Source: Marsupella aquatica
Lineage: Eukaryota; Plantae; Marchantiophyta
Direction: 5' to 3'
NCBI GenBank assembly: GCA_973895155.1
Contig: OZ316893.1
Coordinates: 20,650,857 to 20,714,856, forward strand
Length of the DNA stretch: 64,000 nt
Shown here: piece after piece, positions 52,294 through 64,000 of the stretch
Position numbering within the stretch: the first letter of the stretch is position 1
Layout of the letters: each line of letters starts with the position of its first letter
The notes under the pieces: generated by a model
Database searches by the model: none
Seen by the model: only the letters and a program-made list of their open reading frames with translations
What the model was told of the DNA's origin: nothing
Translations under genes and position numbers: made by a program

Positions 52294-52700
52294 TCTTCTC
52301 TCCACTTCTACAAATCACTCTCCTCCTGGCCTTCGCACCCCGATTCGAGCTTCAGTATTTTCTCCCAGTTCAATATCCAATCAAGTACTACTGTATAGTG
52401 AGACCTTGGTGAGTGCAACCTTGATAAGTGAAATCGTGTGTTTTGTGTAGCACAAATGTTAACATGGTGTAACTTCCCTCGACACCTGAAACAGTTCAAA
52501 AACGTTTCGTGAATAAGACTGTAATTTGAACACGACAGCAATTCTCAATAAGTGCAAAACCTCATTAATAAGACTGCAATTACCAGTAAGCTCAAATAAT
52601 AGTTAGAAACAGCTTTTAAGTAGTTTGTCACTAAAAATGTAGAGATGTTCTAATTGATAATAGTGCCAAGGTTTTTTTTGGTATTTATGCAATTCCAGGT

Positions 52701-53049
52701 TGTTAGTATTTACTCTTAGGTCTAGAGTTGCGATTGTATCGTAGTTAAGGTTAACTTTAGTCGCAGACTTGATTAGATTAATCATGTTGTGCACACTCTA
52801 TAACCAAGCGGTGTTTATTTGGAGAGTGGGAACTCAGGCTCATTGTTACGTAGCTAGTTGAGAGATAGAGAGAGTTGCCTTGCGTTGTGGATGCTTGGTA
52901 TGGCCGGTCGGCCTAATGTGCAGTAAAGCTCATGTGTGTTCCCGTGGACGTAGCCTCATGTGGAGGTGAACCACGGATCTCTCTGTGTCGACTCTTGTGT
53001 GTTGGATGGTTCATGGGCTTGTCGTTGCGATTGTCGTCTATGCTCAACA
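52701..53049 (-). mobile_element. Solo LTR, copy 3 (inverted)
   Basis: It runs tgttagtattt...gctcaaca, is the reverse-complement homolog of 34620-34962, and has an imperfect TSD caggt/caagt. Confidence 0.88.
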
Positions 53050-54764
53050 CAAGTTTCGTATATGGATGACAGGTTCTCCAACTGAGTCCAGGTTTCGTAT
53101 ATCGATGACAAGTTCTCCAAGGTAACTAGGGGAGCCATATACAGAAACCATGACATCTTTGTAAATACAATAAAAAACCGTGGCAATATTGTAAATTCAA
53201 ACATGTTTAGTGACAATATACTTAAAAACTGTACTTAGAAATTGCAGTTACCAGGTATTGCAACCATTTGTAGTGCAATGTCCTTATACACCATTTTTCC
53301 AAGATGGTTAGGAGACAAGGGATCCTATTGGTGGGGGTTTGTTTGCTATAACAGATTTTCATGCTCTCCAAGCCTCCTTGGCTGTGTTTCCCAGTTGCAT
53401 GTTTTGTCCATTGCTGCATATATACCCATGTTGTGGTGAGTGTTGTGGCATCCAGGTGGTGTTGGAGGATGCATACATCCACTTGGTTGAACAACTTGCT
53501 CCCCTTGCTCTCCTTAGCGTATCTGCTTAGCTAGCTTGTGAATTGTGGGATCTGGTCTCTGCCTTTTCTACCGGGCTCTTTGCCCCTCCCCTCTGTATCC
53601 GCATTAGACTGAGGGCATGTAGGTCTTGGGAGTTCTTTTTGTAGAGGGGGCCTTTGTTTTTATGTTTTGCATGGTGTATTATCTCAGAACGTTCTGCATA
53701 TTGTCCAATTGGTGACTCTCACAGACATCCAGATTTAGTTAGTCAAGTATAAATTTTAGTAACTCTACATTTTGTGTGCAGCCCAGATGACACTATGACA
53801 ATAATTGTCTTTCCCAATGATTTTTTAATTAGTTGAGTACTGCCAAAATCTTCCCATGGCAAAGATCTTGTCATCATGGGAGTCCCTAATAAACATTGAA
53901 GGACACAATGTGGTACAGCCAGGGGAGCCCACGAGAGGGGATATAAACTAAGCTGAAGTGGAAGCAGACACATAGAATACCTTAGAGGCAGGCACCAAAG
54001 AGGGCAGCCTGTTTATTGGCAAAGGGCGAGCCAGGACTTGACCATCTCACAAAGTCCTTTTGTATGGAATCCTTTAGCTAAAAAAAATACCCCTGGCAAT
54101 ATTTTGCCCCAAGTTATGCAAAGGCAGGACACAAATTACTGTAGAGACAATCAGGATCACACATGCCTTAGAGTAGCACAAAGGTGTAGACGGTTTCTGT
54201 AGGTTACAGATTTTACTTTGAAAATTTTAATAATCCTTAAATATGCAATGTCAATTTTTCACAAGTTTGGTAGGGCATCTCTTGGCTTCATATTTGTGGA
54301 TGATGGCTTTTGGCCACAAACAAATGGCCATAGTTTTTCATAGGGTTATGTAAATTTCCTTATCTTTCACTAGACCCTACATTGACTTTGGTCATGGCCT
54401 GTGACCAATCTTGATGGCAAAAAATTATGTATTATGTTTGGTAGTCCATAACTCTATCTTTCTGTGACCCTAGCTAGTAATTAGGGGTCACAAAATTTTG
54501 AGCTTTGTGACCCCTACTAATTAGTGTAGTAATTGTAATGTAACCTTAGTTACTAAGTTAAGGTCCATCAAATTTTGAGGTTTGAGACCCCTACCAATTA
54601 GGACTCTAAGTGTACTCGGGAGTGTACTGTAGTCTTAGCTACTAAGTTAAGGTCCATCAATTAATAAGGATAATGATCTTAGCTACTAAGTTATTTAAGG
54701 TCCATCAAAAAATAAGAATAAAGTCATGGGCTGTCTCCCTGGTCCTCACTTCTTTTCTTCCTAC

Positions 54765-55305
54765 CCATCATGCGCGAATAAGTATAGGGTTTTTATTGGG
54801 TTTAGTGAAATACTTTTAAATTTTGTTGAAGAACATTAGGGTTATTTTAATCCAATTTTGAGAATTCTAAGAATCATAGGGTGTTTTAAAATCAAATTTG
54901 GGAATATTCTTAGAATATTCCCTTAAGTTAGGGGTAAAAATATTCCTAAAAAAAACTTTATTGACTTAACTTTTAGGGTGTTTATTCCCCAAAAACTCCG
55001 CGTGTGATATGGGACACCCCTTGGATTGAGGCCCCCTCGGGGGTCTCACTACATGGGGACCTCCCCATCACCTGCGACGTTTTTAGGCCTTGGACCCCCT
55101 AAAATGTAAGAAAAAATATTATTTTTTAACCCCTATATTCTTGGAATATTCTTGGAATATTCCAAAAATTGGATTAAAAAGGCCCTAATGTTCTTATAAG
55201 TCTCAAAATTGAATTTAAAAGACCCTATTGTTCTTCTACAAAAATTCTTAAGTCTTCCCTTACAACCAATAAAATGACCCTATCCTTCGTCGCACGTGAT
55301 ATGCC
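54765..55305. mobile_element. Foldback MITE-like element (~200 bp inverted arms)
   Basis: 54784-54945 matches the reverse complement of ~55115-55283 (gaacattaggg/ccctaatgttc, taatccaatttt/aaaattggatta, gaatattc repeats). Confidence 0.75.
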
Positions 55306-55777
55306 ATTTTTGTGGAAGTGAAACCCCTAAGGAGGCCCCCAAGGGCTGTCTAAACAGCAATCGATAACTCCCACGATAACTATTACTGATGTACGTGAAC
55401 GTCTTCCTAGAGGGGCAGACGGTGACTGCCACGCCCTACTTTTGCAATGCCCTAATTGTCCTATAACCTACCTAGCTAATAAGTTAACCTATCTAGCTAC
55501 TAGGTTATACTAGTAAAGGTAACCTACCTAGCTACCAAGTTATCCTAAGTTAAGGTAGATCAAATTATGGGGAGGGGTTGGAGACCCCTAATAATAGGAT
55601 GGTACTTATACGGGAATCTGGGAAATTGCACCAATATGCAAAAACATCCACCAATTTGAAGATTTCCTCCCTTTATTGGGTTGCTTTGCCTTTGGGATAA
55701 TGTCTCCTAGTTTGGTCTTTTTTATTCCATTGGGATCTTGTCTCCAGGTTGGGCATTTTTGTTCCTTGTTATTATTA

Positions 55778-57065
55778 TACTACATCAATGCCCGTGCGTT
55801 ACACAAAAGATGTTGTGAAGAAAAAATATGTCGCGTCGCCCAAGATGTCCGATTAAGAAAAAAAATGTCGTTAAGAAAAAAAATGGTGTCGCCTAAGATG
55901 TCGTTACGAAAAAAGATGTTGTTAAGAAAAAAAGATTTGGTGCTGCCCAAGATGTCATTCAGAAAAATAATGTCATGTCACCCAAGGTGTCATTGGGAAA
56001 AAAGATCGTGTCACCCAAGATGTCGTTAAGAAAAAGATGTTGTGGCACCCAGGATGTCCTTAAGAAAAAAGATATCATGTCACCCAAGATGCCGTCAAGG
56101 AAAAAGATGTCATGACACCCAAGATGTCTTTAAGAAAAGTGATGTCATGTCGCGCAAGATGTCATGAAAAAAAGGTGTCATGTGGCCCAAGATGCCATTA
56201 AATTAAGTTAAAAATGTCGTTAAGACAAAAATTGCACAAAACATGGTGTGGTGAGAAAAACATGGTGAGGTGAGATATCAAGGTGAGAAAAGAAGTTGAA
56301 GTTAGTGAGAAAAAGACGTCGAGGTGAGGAGAAGATGTCAAGGTGAACAAAGATGATGATGAGAAAAAGAGATGTCAAGCTAAGAAAAAAATATGTCAAG
56401 GAGAGAAAAGATGGCGAGATGAGAAAAATATGTGACGATGAGGAAAAGATGTTGAGGAGAGAAAAGATGTCGAGGGTGAGGGAAACTTGATGTTGTGGTG
56501 AGATGAAAACGTGAAAGTGAGAAAAAGGTCAGATTTCTAGATGAAAAAAATGTCAATGAGAAACAGATTGTTCGGGTGAGGAAAAGAAGCTGAGGTGAGA
56601 AAAAATGTCAAGGAGAGAAACAGATGTGAAGATGAGGAAAAGATGTCGAAAAGAGAAAATATGTTGAGGGTGAGGGAAAGATGTTGCAATGAGATAAAAA
56701 TGTTAAGGTGAGAAAAAGATAACATGTCGAGGTGAGAAAATATGTGGAGGTGATTAAAAGATGTCAAGTCAGGTGAGAAAACATGTCAAGGAGAGAGATG
56801 TCAAGTCAGGTGAGAAAACATGTCAAGGAGAGAGATGTCAAGTCAGGTGAGACATGTCAAGGAGAAAAACAAATGCCAAGGACAGGAGAGATATTGAGGA
56901 TGAAAAAATGGCTGTGATGAGATAAAGATATCAATGTGAAGAAAATGGGGAGATGAGGAAAATATATGAAGGCAAGGTAAAGTTTTATGGTGGTGTTCAA
57001 CAACACGTGCATTGCACATAGAAATTGGAGATGCGAGATAACGGTCACCATTGCATAGAGCCTAA
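55778..57065 (-). mobile_element. Non-autonomous Helitron-like element with minisatellite (inverted copy)
   Basis: Its reverse complement ends 'gtaacgcacgggcattgatgtag'. It has internal gagaaaaagatgtc/cccaagatgtc arrays, and its 5' segment matches the copies at 8450 and 20010. Confidence 0.7.
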
Positions 57066-57556
57066 GCACAGCCTAGTGATAGAAAAAATATGGTTTTTTC
57101 AATTTTAATTTTTTAGAGGAGTCAATATTTTATATATTTTATTTATATCAACTGTTTTCAAAACTTTAAAGCTAGGACTACAGAAAGAAACTGGTACTTT
57201 TGGGTCAGGGCTTTTTTTCCGGACCTAAAGGGACTAGACTCTCTAATGTGCTGCCCCTTTCCTCTGTTCTCTTGCTTTTTACGTGGAGAACATCATAATG
57301 TTTCCGTTTGATTGTTGGCAGTTCGAAATATTACCAATGATTTGCCAAGGGAAGCTACTTTTAAACCCTATGGTCTAGAGCGAAGCCTCTAGACCTTCAC
57401 TTTTAACAAAGACAAAAGTGACAATGACTGTTATTAAGGATTAAGGACAGCACACATGAAGGTGGACAAAAAACAGGGGCTGATGAACAACCGTGACATT
57501 GACTCTACATAAAGACAAAAATGAAACAAGGGTGGACAAAAAACAAGGATAAGACG

Positions 57557-57822
57557 AAGGGGAAATAGTATAGAATCTTTCTATTTCAATATTTTTTTGT
57601 GTAAAAAACACAAGGATGGAGCAAAGATAAAGGGAAAATAGTATAGAATCTTTCTATTTCAATATTTTTTTGTGTAAAAAAACAAGAATGGAGCAAAGAT
57701 GAAGGGAAAATAGTATAGAATCTTTCTATTTCAATATTTTTTTGGTGTAAAAAACACAAAGATGGAGCAAAGATGAAGGGAAAATAGTATAGAATCTTTC
57801 TATTTCAATATTTTTTTGTGTT
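57557..57822. repeat. ~71 bp tandem repeat (~4 copies)
   Basis: Units read aagggaaaatagtatagaatctttctatttcaatatttttt..gtaaaaaac..gatggagcaaagat. Confidence 0.93.
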
Positions 57823-58019
57823 CTCATGTCTATTTTCAAGGAATGGGTGATCCGGCTAGTCTAATTCTAATCCACATGCATCACCCAATGTGCTGCCCCT
57901 TTCCGAGGACCGAGCCATGATTGCATAGAGATACGAGGATCACGAACCAGATAACGAAGAGCTCTTCGTTCCTGTCCGGAATCATGAATTGAATGAGATC
58001 AGACAGCTGTTCATGAGAG

Positions 58020-61000
58020 CACAGTCGACAAGGTGCCATCAGAGCTCCGAATTTCAGAAACCCACCCTCGTATCTCACTATACCTGTACCCTTCGGATTT
58101 GCAGTTACTAGAAAATCCACCGGCGAGGTTTTGTTCAATAGCACTCCCAGCTACTCGACTGATGGATTCCCTCTGTTCAATAGTATGGTTTTCAAGGACC
58201 AGTATTTGGAAATCTCGACCCAGCTTCAAAAGAATTCGGTTTTGTTTGGGTTAGGGGAGAGTACCCGACCTGAGGGCCTGCGTTTGGTGGAAGACAAAAC
58301 TTATACACTCTGGGCCACGGATATTGGCTCCAATATTCCAGACGTTGATTTATACGGAGCTTATCCATTCTACATGGAGGTGAAGAATGGTGTTGCCCAT
58401 GGCGTGCTGCTTCTAAATAGTAACGGAATGGACATTCTTTACACAGCTGATCACCTCACGTACCGTGTGATAGGTGGAATTTTCGACTTCTACTTTTTTG
58501 CGGGCACGACTCCTCTGGCAGTGGTAGACCAGTACACTGAGCTGACAGGCAGGCCTGCTGCAATGCCTTATTGGGCCCTCGGTATCTATTCGTTTCCTTC
58601 CCTGTGCTAACTAAATGTGGGAAGCGTTTACTTAATGCTAAGGCCTGGTCGATTGGGTTGCCTTAAACTTTAAATTGCCTCATCGTCCATCTCTTTCACA
58701 TCTGAATTTCGTCAACTTTTAAAGCTCACTCTAATATTAGTTTTTGGTATAGTCTGATCAAAATCAACTTGTCCTTTAGTAGAGCTACAGACTATATACT
58801 CTCCAGTTAGCCTCCTATATTGGGGCCAGCTTTCTTGATTTTTGGCTGCCTGAATCTTGGCAGGTCTTGTACATTTTTGTTTCGAGGCCCAAATTGGGTC
58901 CCCGAGTTGCCCTGATTTCCTCGGGTGCTTAAGATTCCATTCATCTTTGCATCCGCTTTGGACTCTCATTCTCTCGCTTTCTCGTTCAAAGTGTGAGAAG
59001 GATCTTTCAAGAGTTCAAATGAAGGAATTTCTGCCCAAGGGAACCCAAGGGAACCCAATGGACCCGAAACAGAACACGATATCACTAAAATATGCCAATA
59101 GATGTAGAGAAAGCCGGTAGCAAGTACAAAATGAGTGAATGAAGAGAATAACTAACCTCGGAGACCGCTAGATAGGGACCGAGATGAATTGATTTTGCTT
59201 ATCGAGTCAGAAGCAAAAAAAGGAACCAGCGTTCAGGAAGAGAACGAAAATATAAACTGATTATATCAATTGAGGTACAGTAAGCACATATAGATTAACA
59301 GTAAACACAAAACATCTGCCAAGATTTTGTAGCAAACGAGCTGTCGAACGATCTATTGAATAAGAACGGAGAACGAGTGCTTCTGCGTATTTAGACGTAA
59401 CATGTACCTTTTGTTGTCTGTTTTGCAAAAGCGCGTCTTTGAAAGTAATATGATTCGTTTCAATCTGGCTGATTGTTCTTACAGTGGCCGTTGATAGTAT
59501 AAATGGTTTTTGATTGATTGATTGTTGGTGTTGGTTACCAGGGTTCCATCAATGCAGATGGGGGTACAAAAACGTTGAAGATTTAGAAGGTGTTGTGGCT
59601 GGTTATGCACAGGCCAATATTCCCCTTGAGGTCATGTGGTCCGACATAGACTACATGGATAACTTCAAGGACTTCACCCTGGACCTTGTGAACTACCCAG
59701 AGGAGAAGTTTCGAGAATTTGTGGACAATCTACACGGAAACGACCAAAAATACGTACTCATAGTTGACCCCGGTGAGTTCCCCTGATCGTCTCCATGTCA
59801 TCCTTTTGCTTTCAGGTGTCTACTGTGAGCTCAGAGACAAGTACAGGGGGACAATTTGATAAACAGTGAAGTAGTGATTTTGAAGATGTCTTCTTGGTCT
59901 GTTCCAGCGTTCCTTCAGGGATGATTGACCGATTTCCTCTTAAGTTTCACCCCTTTCCACTGGTGCAGATATGATCTAAACCTAAATTTTTTTCGGGTTT
60001 ACTTTGCTTCTTTCAGAAAGATTTGCAAGATAAAACAGTTGATGCTGCCCTTGCCATGCGAAATGATTAGATTCTATGGATAAGCGTCGTCAGAGGATTT
60101 CAAGGCGTTCATGTGATTGACCATAGCGGTCTAGCGGTCTAGCGGTCAATCCAAAAGGTTTACTAAGGGAACAAGTATAGCCAGGTGGACTGTCAATCCA
60201 GAGATTCTAAGTGCTGTAGGCCTCTAAATGCAACCACCGCACTACAGAAAGGAGCTGTTTTTGAATTTGTGATAGTTTCTCTTCACACATTCACATTCAC
60301 AGTCGCACTTGCAGCATGTGGCTTGAGCATCACGCTTTTCATCTACTATGTATGTTAAGTCTTAGGGTCACGGATCCTTCCGTCCTCAAAGATGCACCTC
60401 TTGATACCTTGCACGATTTCAACGTTATGAAACTAATTTTCGGGCTTCCGAATTCATTTCAGCCAGAGAGGGGAAGGAACTTGCAATTGCTGTGACTGAA
60501 TATGCCAGTCTGATCGAATATTTGTCAATGTTGCAGGCATTAAAGTTACTTCGAATTACACCCCATATCAGCGTCTGGTTGATATGGATGTGTATGTGAA
60601 GAACCAGTATGGCGATCCATTTCTTGCGCAGGTGTGGCCTGGACCTGTGTACTTTCCAGACTTTTTACATCCAGATATTCAAGAGTATTGGGGAGGTGAA
60701 ATCAAACCATTTCACAAGAAAATTCCATTTGACGGAATCTGGTGTGACATGAACGAGGCTTCCAATTTTTGCATAGGACCAAGTTGCTATGTGGATCCCC
60801 ACAGCACATGCCCCTTGGAAGATTTCACCATCTGCTGCCTTGTTTGCAACAATACCCTGCCACTGTCTCCTTGGGACGACCCACCTTATAAAATCAACTG
60901 CTCTTATGGGGCAATCTATGGGAAGACAATTGCTTTGAGTGCCAAGCATTTCGGTGAAGTGAGGGAGTACGATGCTCACAACCTCTACGGACTCTCAGAA

Positions 61001-62191
61001 GTCATCGTCACCAGTGAAACCATGACCAATTTGAGCGGGAGGCGACCATTCATTCTCTCCCGATCGACTTTTGTTGGATCAGGAGCATATGCAGCACACT
61101 GGACCGGTGATAACCAGGCCACCTGGCCAGATTTGGCCTATTCCATCGTGAGCGTTCTCAACTCGGGCATAGTTGGAGTGCCAATGGTAGGAGCTGATAT
61201 TTGTGGGTTCCAGTCCGACACATGGGAGGAGCTTTGCAATCGCTGGATTCAAGTGGGTGCATTCTACCCATTTGCAAGGGACCATTCCGAGAGGACCACC
61301 ATTCGTCAGGAGCTGTATATCTGGGACTCCGTGGCCCAGAACGCCAGAGACTACCTTGGTGTTCGCTACCAGCTCCTTCCTTACTACTACACCTTACTCT
61401 TTGAAGCACATTCCATGGGCGCACCAGTAATTCGGCCCCTCTTCTTCGAGTTCACAGACGACCCGGTGACCCTTAACATCAATGCCCAGTTCCTCGTGGG
61501 AAGCTCCATCTTGGTGTCTCCGGTGCTGGCAGGTGGTGAAACCACCGTCAAAGCCTACTTTCCAAAGGGAGCTTGGTATAACCTCCTCAACATGGCTCAA
61601 GTGATCAAAGTGATGAGCGTGGGGGAATTCCATGTCCTGCCTGCACCAATAGATGTCATCAACATCCATCTCCGTGAGGGGTCCATCATCCCCATGCAGG
61701 AGAAGGCCCTGACCACTACAGCTGCGAGGAAGTCTCCCTTCACTCTGATTGTTGCTTTCTCGCCAGAAGATTGCTTCACAAGCCATGCAACAGGGCAACT
61801 GTTCTTGGATGATGGGGAAAGCATAGCGATGAAGGCCCAAGCAGAGCAAGGTACTCTGATTGAGTTCTCAGCCTTCAAGTCCCCAGCAGGGACTGGTCAT
61901 CTACGTGCATCAGTCAGTGCCGGAGAATTTGCTCTGAGGGGAAAGCATATGCTCCAGAAAGTCAAAATACTGGGGCTTGGGGTAGTGATATCGTCTGTGA
62001 AAATCAATGGAGTTTCCTTGCATCCGTCTTTGCTCCACATCTATGCCACACGACATTTTGTTGAGTTGTCTTCCCTCAGCCTTCCTCTCGGGAAGAGTTT
62101 TGAGCTGTCGTGGGAATGCAGTCGAGCTGCCTGCTCTTTGCCCAACTCGAATGTTACTTCAATTCCTTCGCTTGACCTTAGGTTAGCTTAG
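58020..62191 (+). CDS. GH31 alpha-glucosidase/alpha-xylosidase. Exons ~58020-58581, 59542-59772, 60537-62191, with the 5' part not found
   Basis: Motifs are [46 protein letters not shown] (nucleophile Asp), HWTGDN (acid/base Asp), GADICGF and [10 protein letters not shown]. The GT-AG junctions are in frame. Confidence 0.93.
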
Positions 62192-64000
62192 GGGTTCTTC
62201 CACAGTCATCGAAAGCTTGGTTGAATTCAGCCATCAGGCTATCTAGTTGCGTTCGAGGTCCAGCGCTACGTCATTTTGTTTAATATCATACAAAGTGTAA
62301 TCATATAAGGCAACCTATCGTCTTTCGACGTCAAGCTTTCGTTCTAAAATGACATTGACCAATGGAAGCAATCTTCCTCAGACACTTGTTCAGAAGAGTG
62401 AGACAGGCGTCCTAGTTTTTTTGTTCCAAAGCCGATCCACTGGATTGAGGTCGAGTATTCGTCCACTAGCTCATTAATTTGAAGAAATACAGGGAATCCA
62501 AAACTCTGACCCGCTCTAGATCTCTCTCTAGTCTGTGTAAGAGATGCTTGTCCAAACAAGAATATCCAGTCCTTTGTCATCCATACTGACCCTTTCAATC
62601 CTTTATGTTGTACACTTGAGAATCCAGTGCTGGTTGCACACGTCACTTAAATTCCATTTCTGTGAACAAGATATGGTATTGAAGTAACAGAATAAGAACA
62701 TTTTATTCTAGTGAATGGACATTATAATCAAACTATGTCCATTCTATCACATGAGTCCTTGAAAATGCATGTTTGGGTTTCATTCGTCCACACTTGCTCT
62801 CTGTGATGTTTGCTTTTTGTTTACCATCGGCAAGACCTGGAATCTGACGACATGGGAATCAGACACCAAAAGTATCCTGATTTGCACTGCAGGGATGTTT
62901 CGTTTCGAAGCTTGCTGGGAGCCTTCGAACTAGTTGATAGTGTGCGTCTGCAGTTCACTGGAAACCGTAGAATTGCAGTCTTTCTGCTTTGTTTCCCACC
63001 TTTCTCCAAGCCATTCTTGTTAACTTTAGAACTTGAGGCCGAGGGTGTTTCACTATAAATAGTATCCGTTCCTGAATTTGTGGAGCAATATGGAACCGGA
63101 AAGGAGAAGAATGAGAATGCAGTGCAGTGAAAAAGGGAGAAGGCTTGGACACTTCCTCCATTTATATGGTTAGTGGCGGTTTAAAGTATGATTGCTGTAT
63201 CGCTATGACCTGAATGTAAGACCTCGCTTTGTGGCTGTGAAAGTTTTGGATCCAGTAATCTAGATCACATCGGCCTCGTCCAATTAACGGTAACGGGTAC
63301 GTCGACCCTCAGGACCTGCTGCGTAACCGTAATCGATGACGGACAGTGCAATACCTAACGCTCCGCCAGCCAACCCAGACCAAGGCTCATGTGCCTAAAT
63401 TGGAAGAGTGCTCCTCTAATTTCGACTTGGAATCTGCTGCAAACGCTCCTCTAAACGTCGACTGGACAAATGCCGTTTGACAATTGCGTGAGACCATAGG
63501 CCGTGTACTGTAAGACAATTTAAAGAGGGACAGATTCGCGTCTGGTTGTCGGTTGCCAAATTAGCCTGAGTGGCGACAATGATTGCATGCTGTTGTCTTG
63601 GAAGAAAGATAGACAACTGATCCAAATAGTTCATTTGCCCTGGACGACTGATCTCAGAAGTTCATTGCCTACCACTAGCCTGATTACTCGTTCCTTGAAC
63701 GGATATAGAGATGAGATGAGGAGAGGAGACAAATAAACCTTGTAAAAAAAAAGATGCCCCCTTATTTCCTGTTCATCTTTGTCCCATCCATGTTTTTTGT
63801 CTGCACCCTCACATTTTTGACCCCATCCCTGTTCACTAGAGTTCCGGTCTAGAGGCTTGGTCTAGAGGCTTCACTCTAGATAGTAGTAGGCCCTGTTCAC
63901 TTAGAGTAGTTCCGGTCTAGAGGCTTCACTCTAGATAGTAGTAGGCCCAGGAAGTAGCTGTCATGTTGTCATATTCTGAGCGAGATGGACAATGGGCTCT

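Noticed and set aside
60665-61878. Overlapping alternative-frame ORFs
   Set aside because: They are shadows of the GH31 coding exon.

Overview
This is eukaryotic, intron-rich land-plant nuclear DNA, and the gene and transposon content suggests a bryophyte or other seed-free plant (inference). Host genes are a class III peroxidase with a long Pro/Ala/Ser/Thr-rich tail plus a decayed paralog, an intronless F-box/kelch gene, a BADC/BCCP-like plastid ACCase subunit, a conserved plastid membrane protein, a glycosylasparaginase, and a GH31 alpha-glucosidase/xylosidase whose 5' end I cannot find. Between them lie three solo LTRs, three Helitron-like minisatellite elements, several MITE/foldback elements and a decayed Replitron (HUH) transposase. 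The main finding is a ~7.9 kb DNA transposon at ~34,963-42,880. It carries a DUF7869/Sola-like DDD transposase on the minus strand and, divergently, a spliced gene fusing a ParB/Srx-like domain to a prokaryote-type beta-class DNA amino-methyltransferase (DIPY...QKP...VLDICLGSGT). The shared divergent promoter holds a dense cluster of TCATGA palindromes. All calls come from reading motifs by eye, with no searches run.
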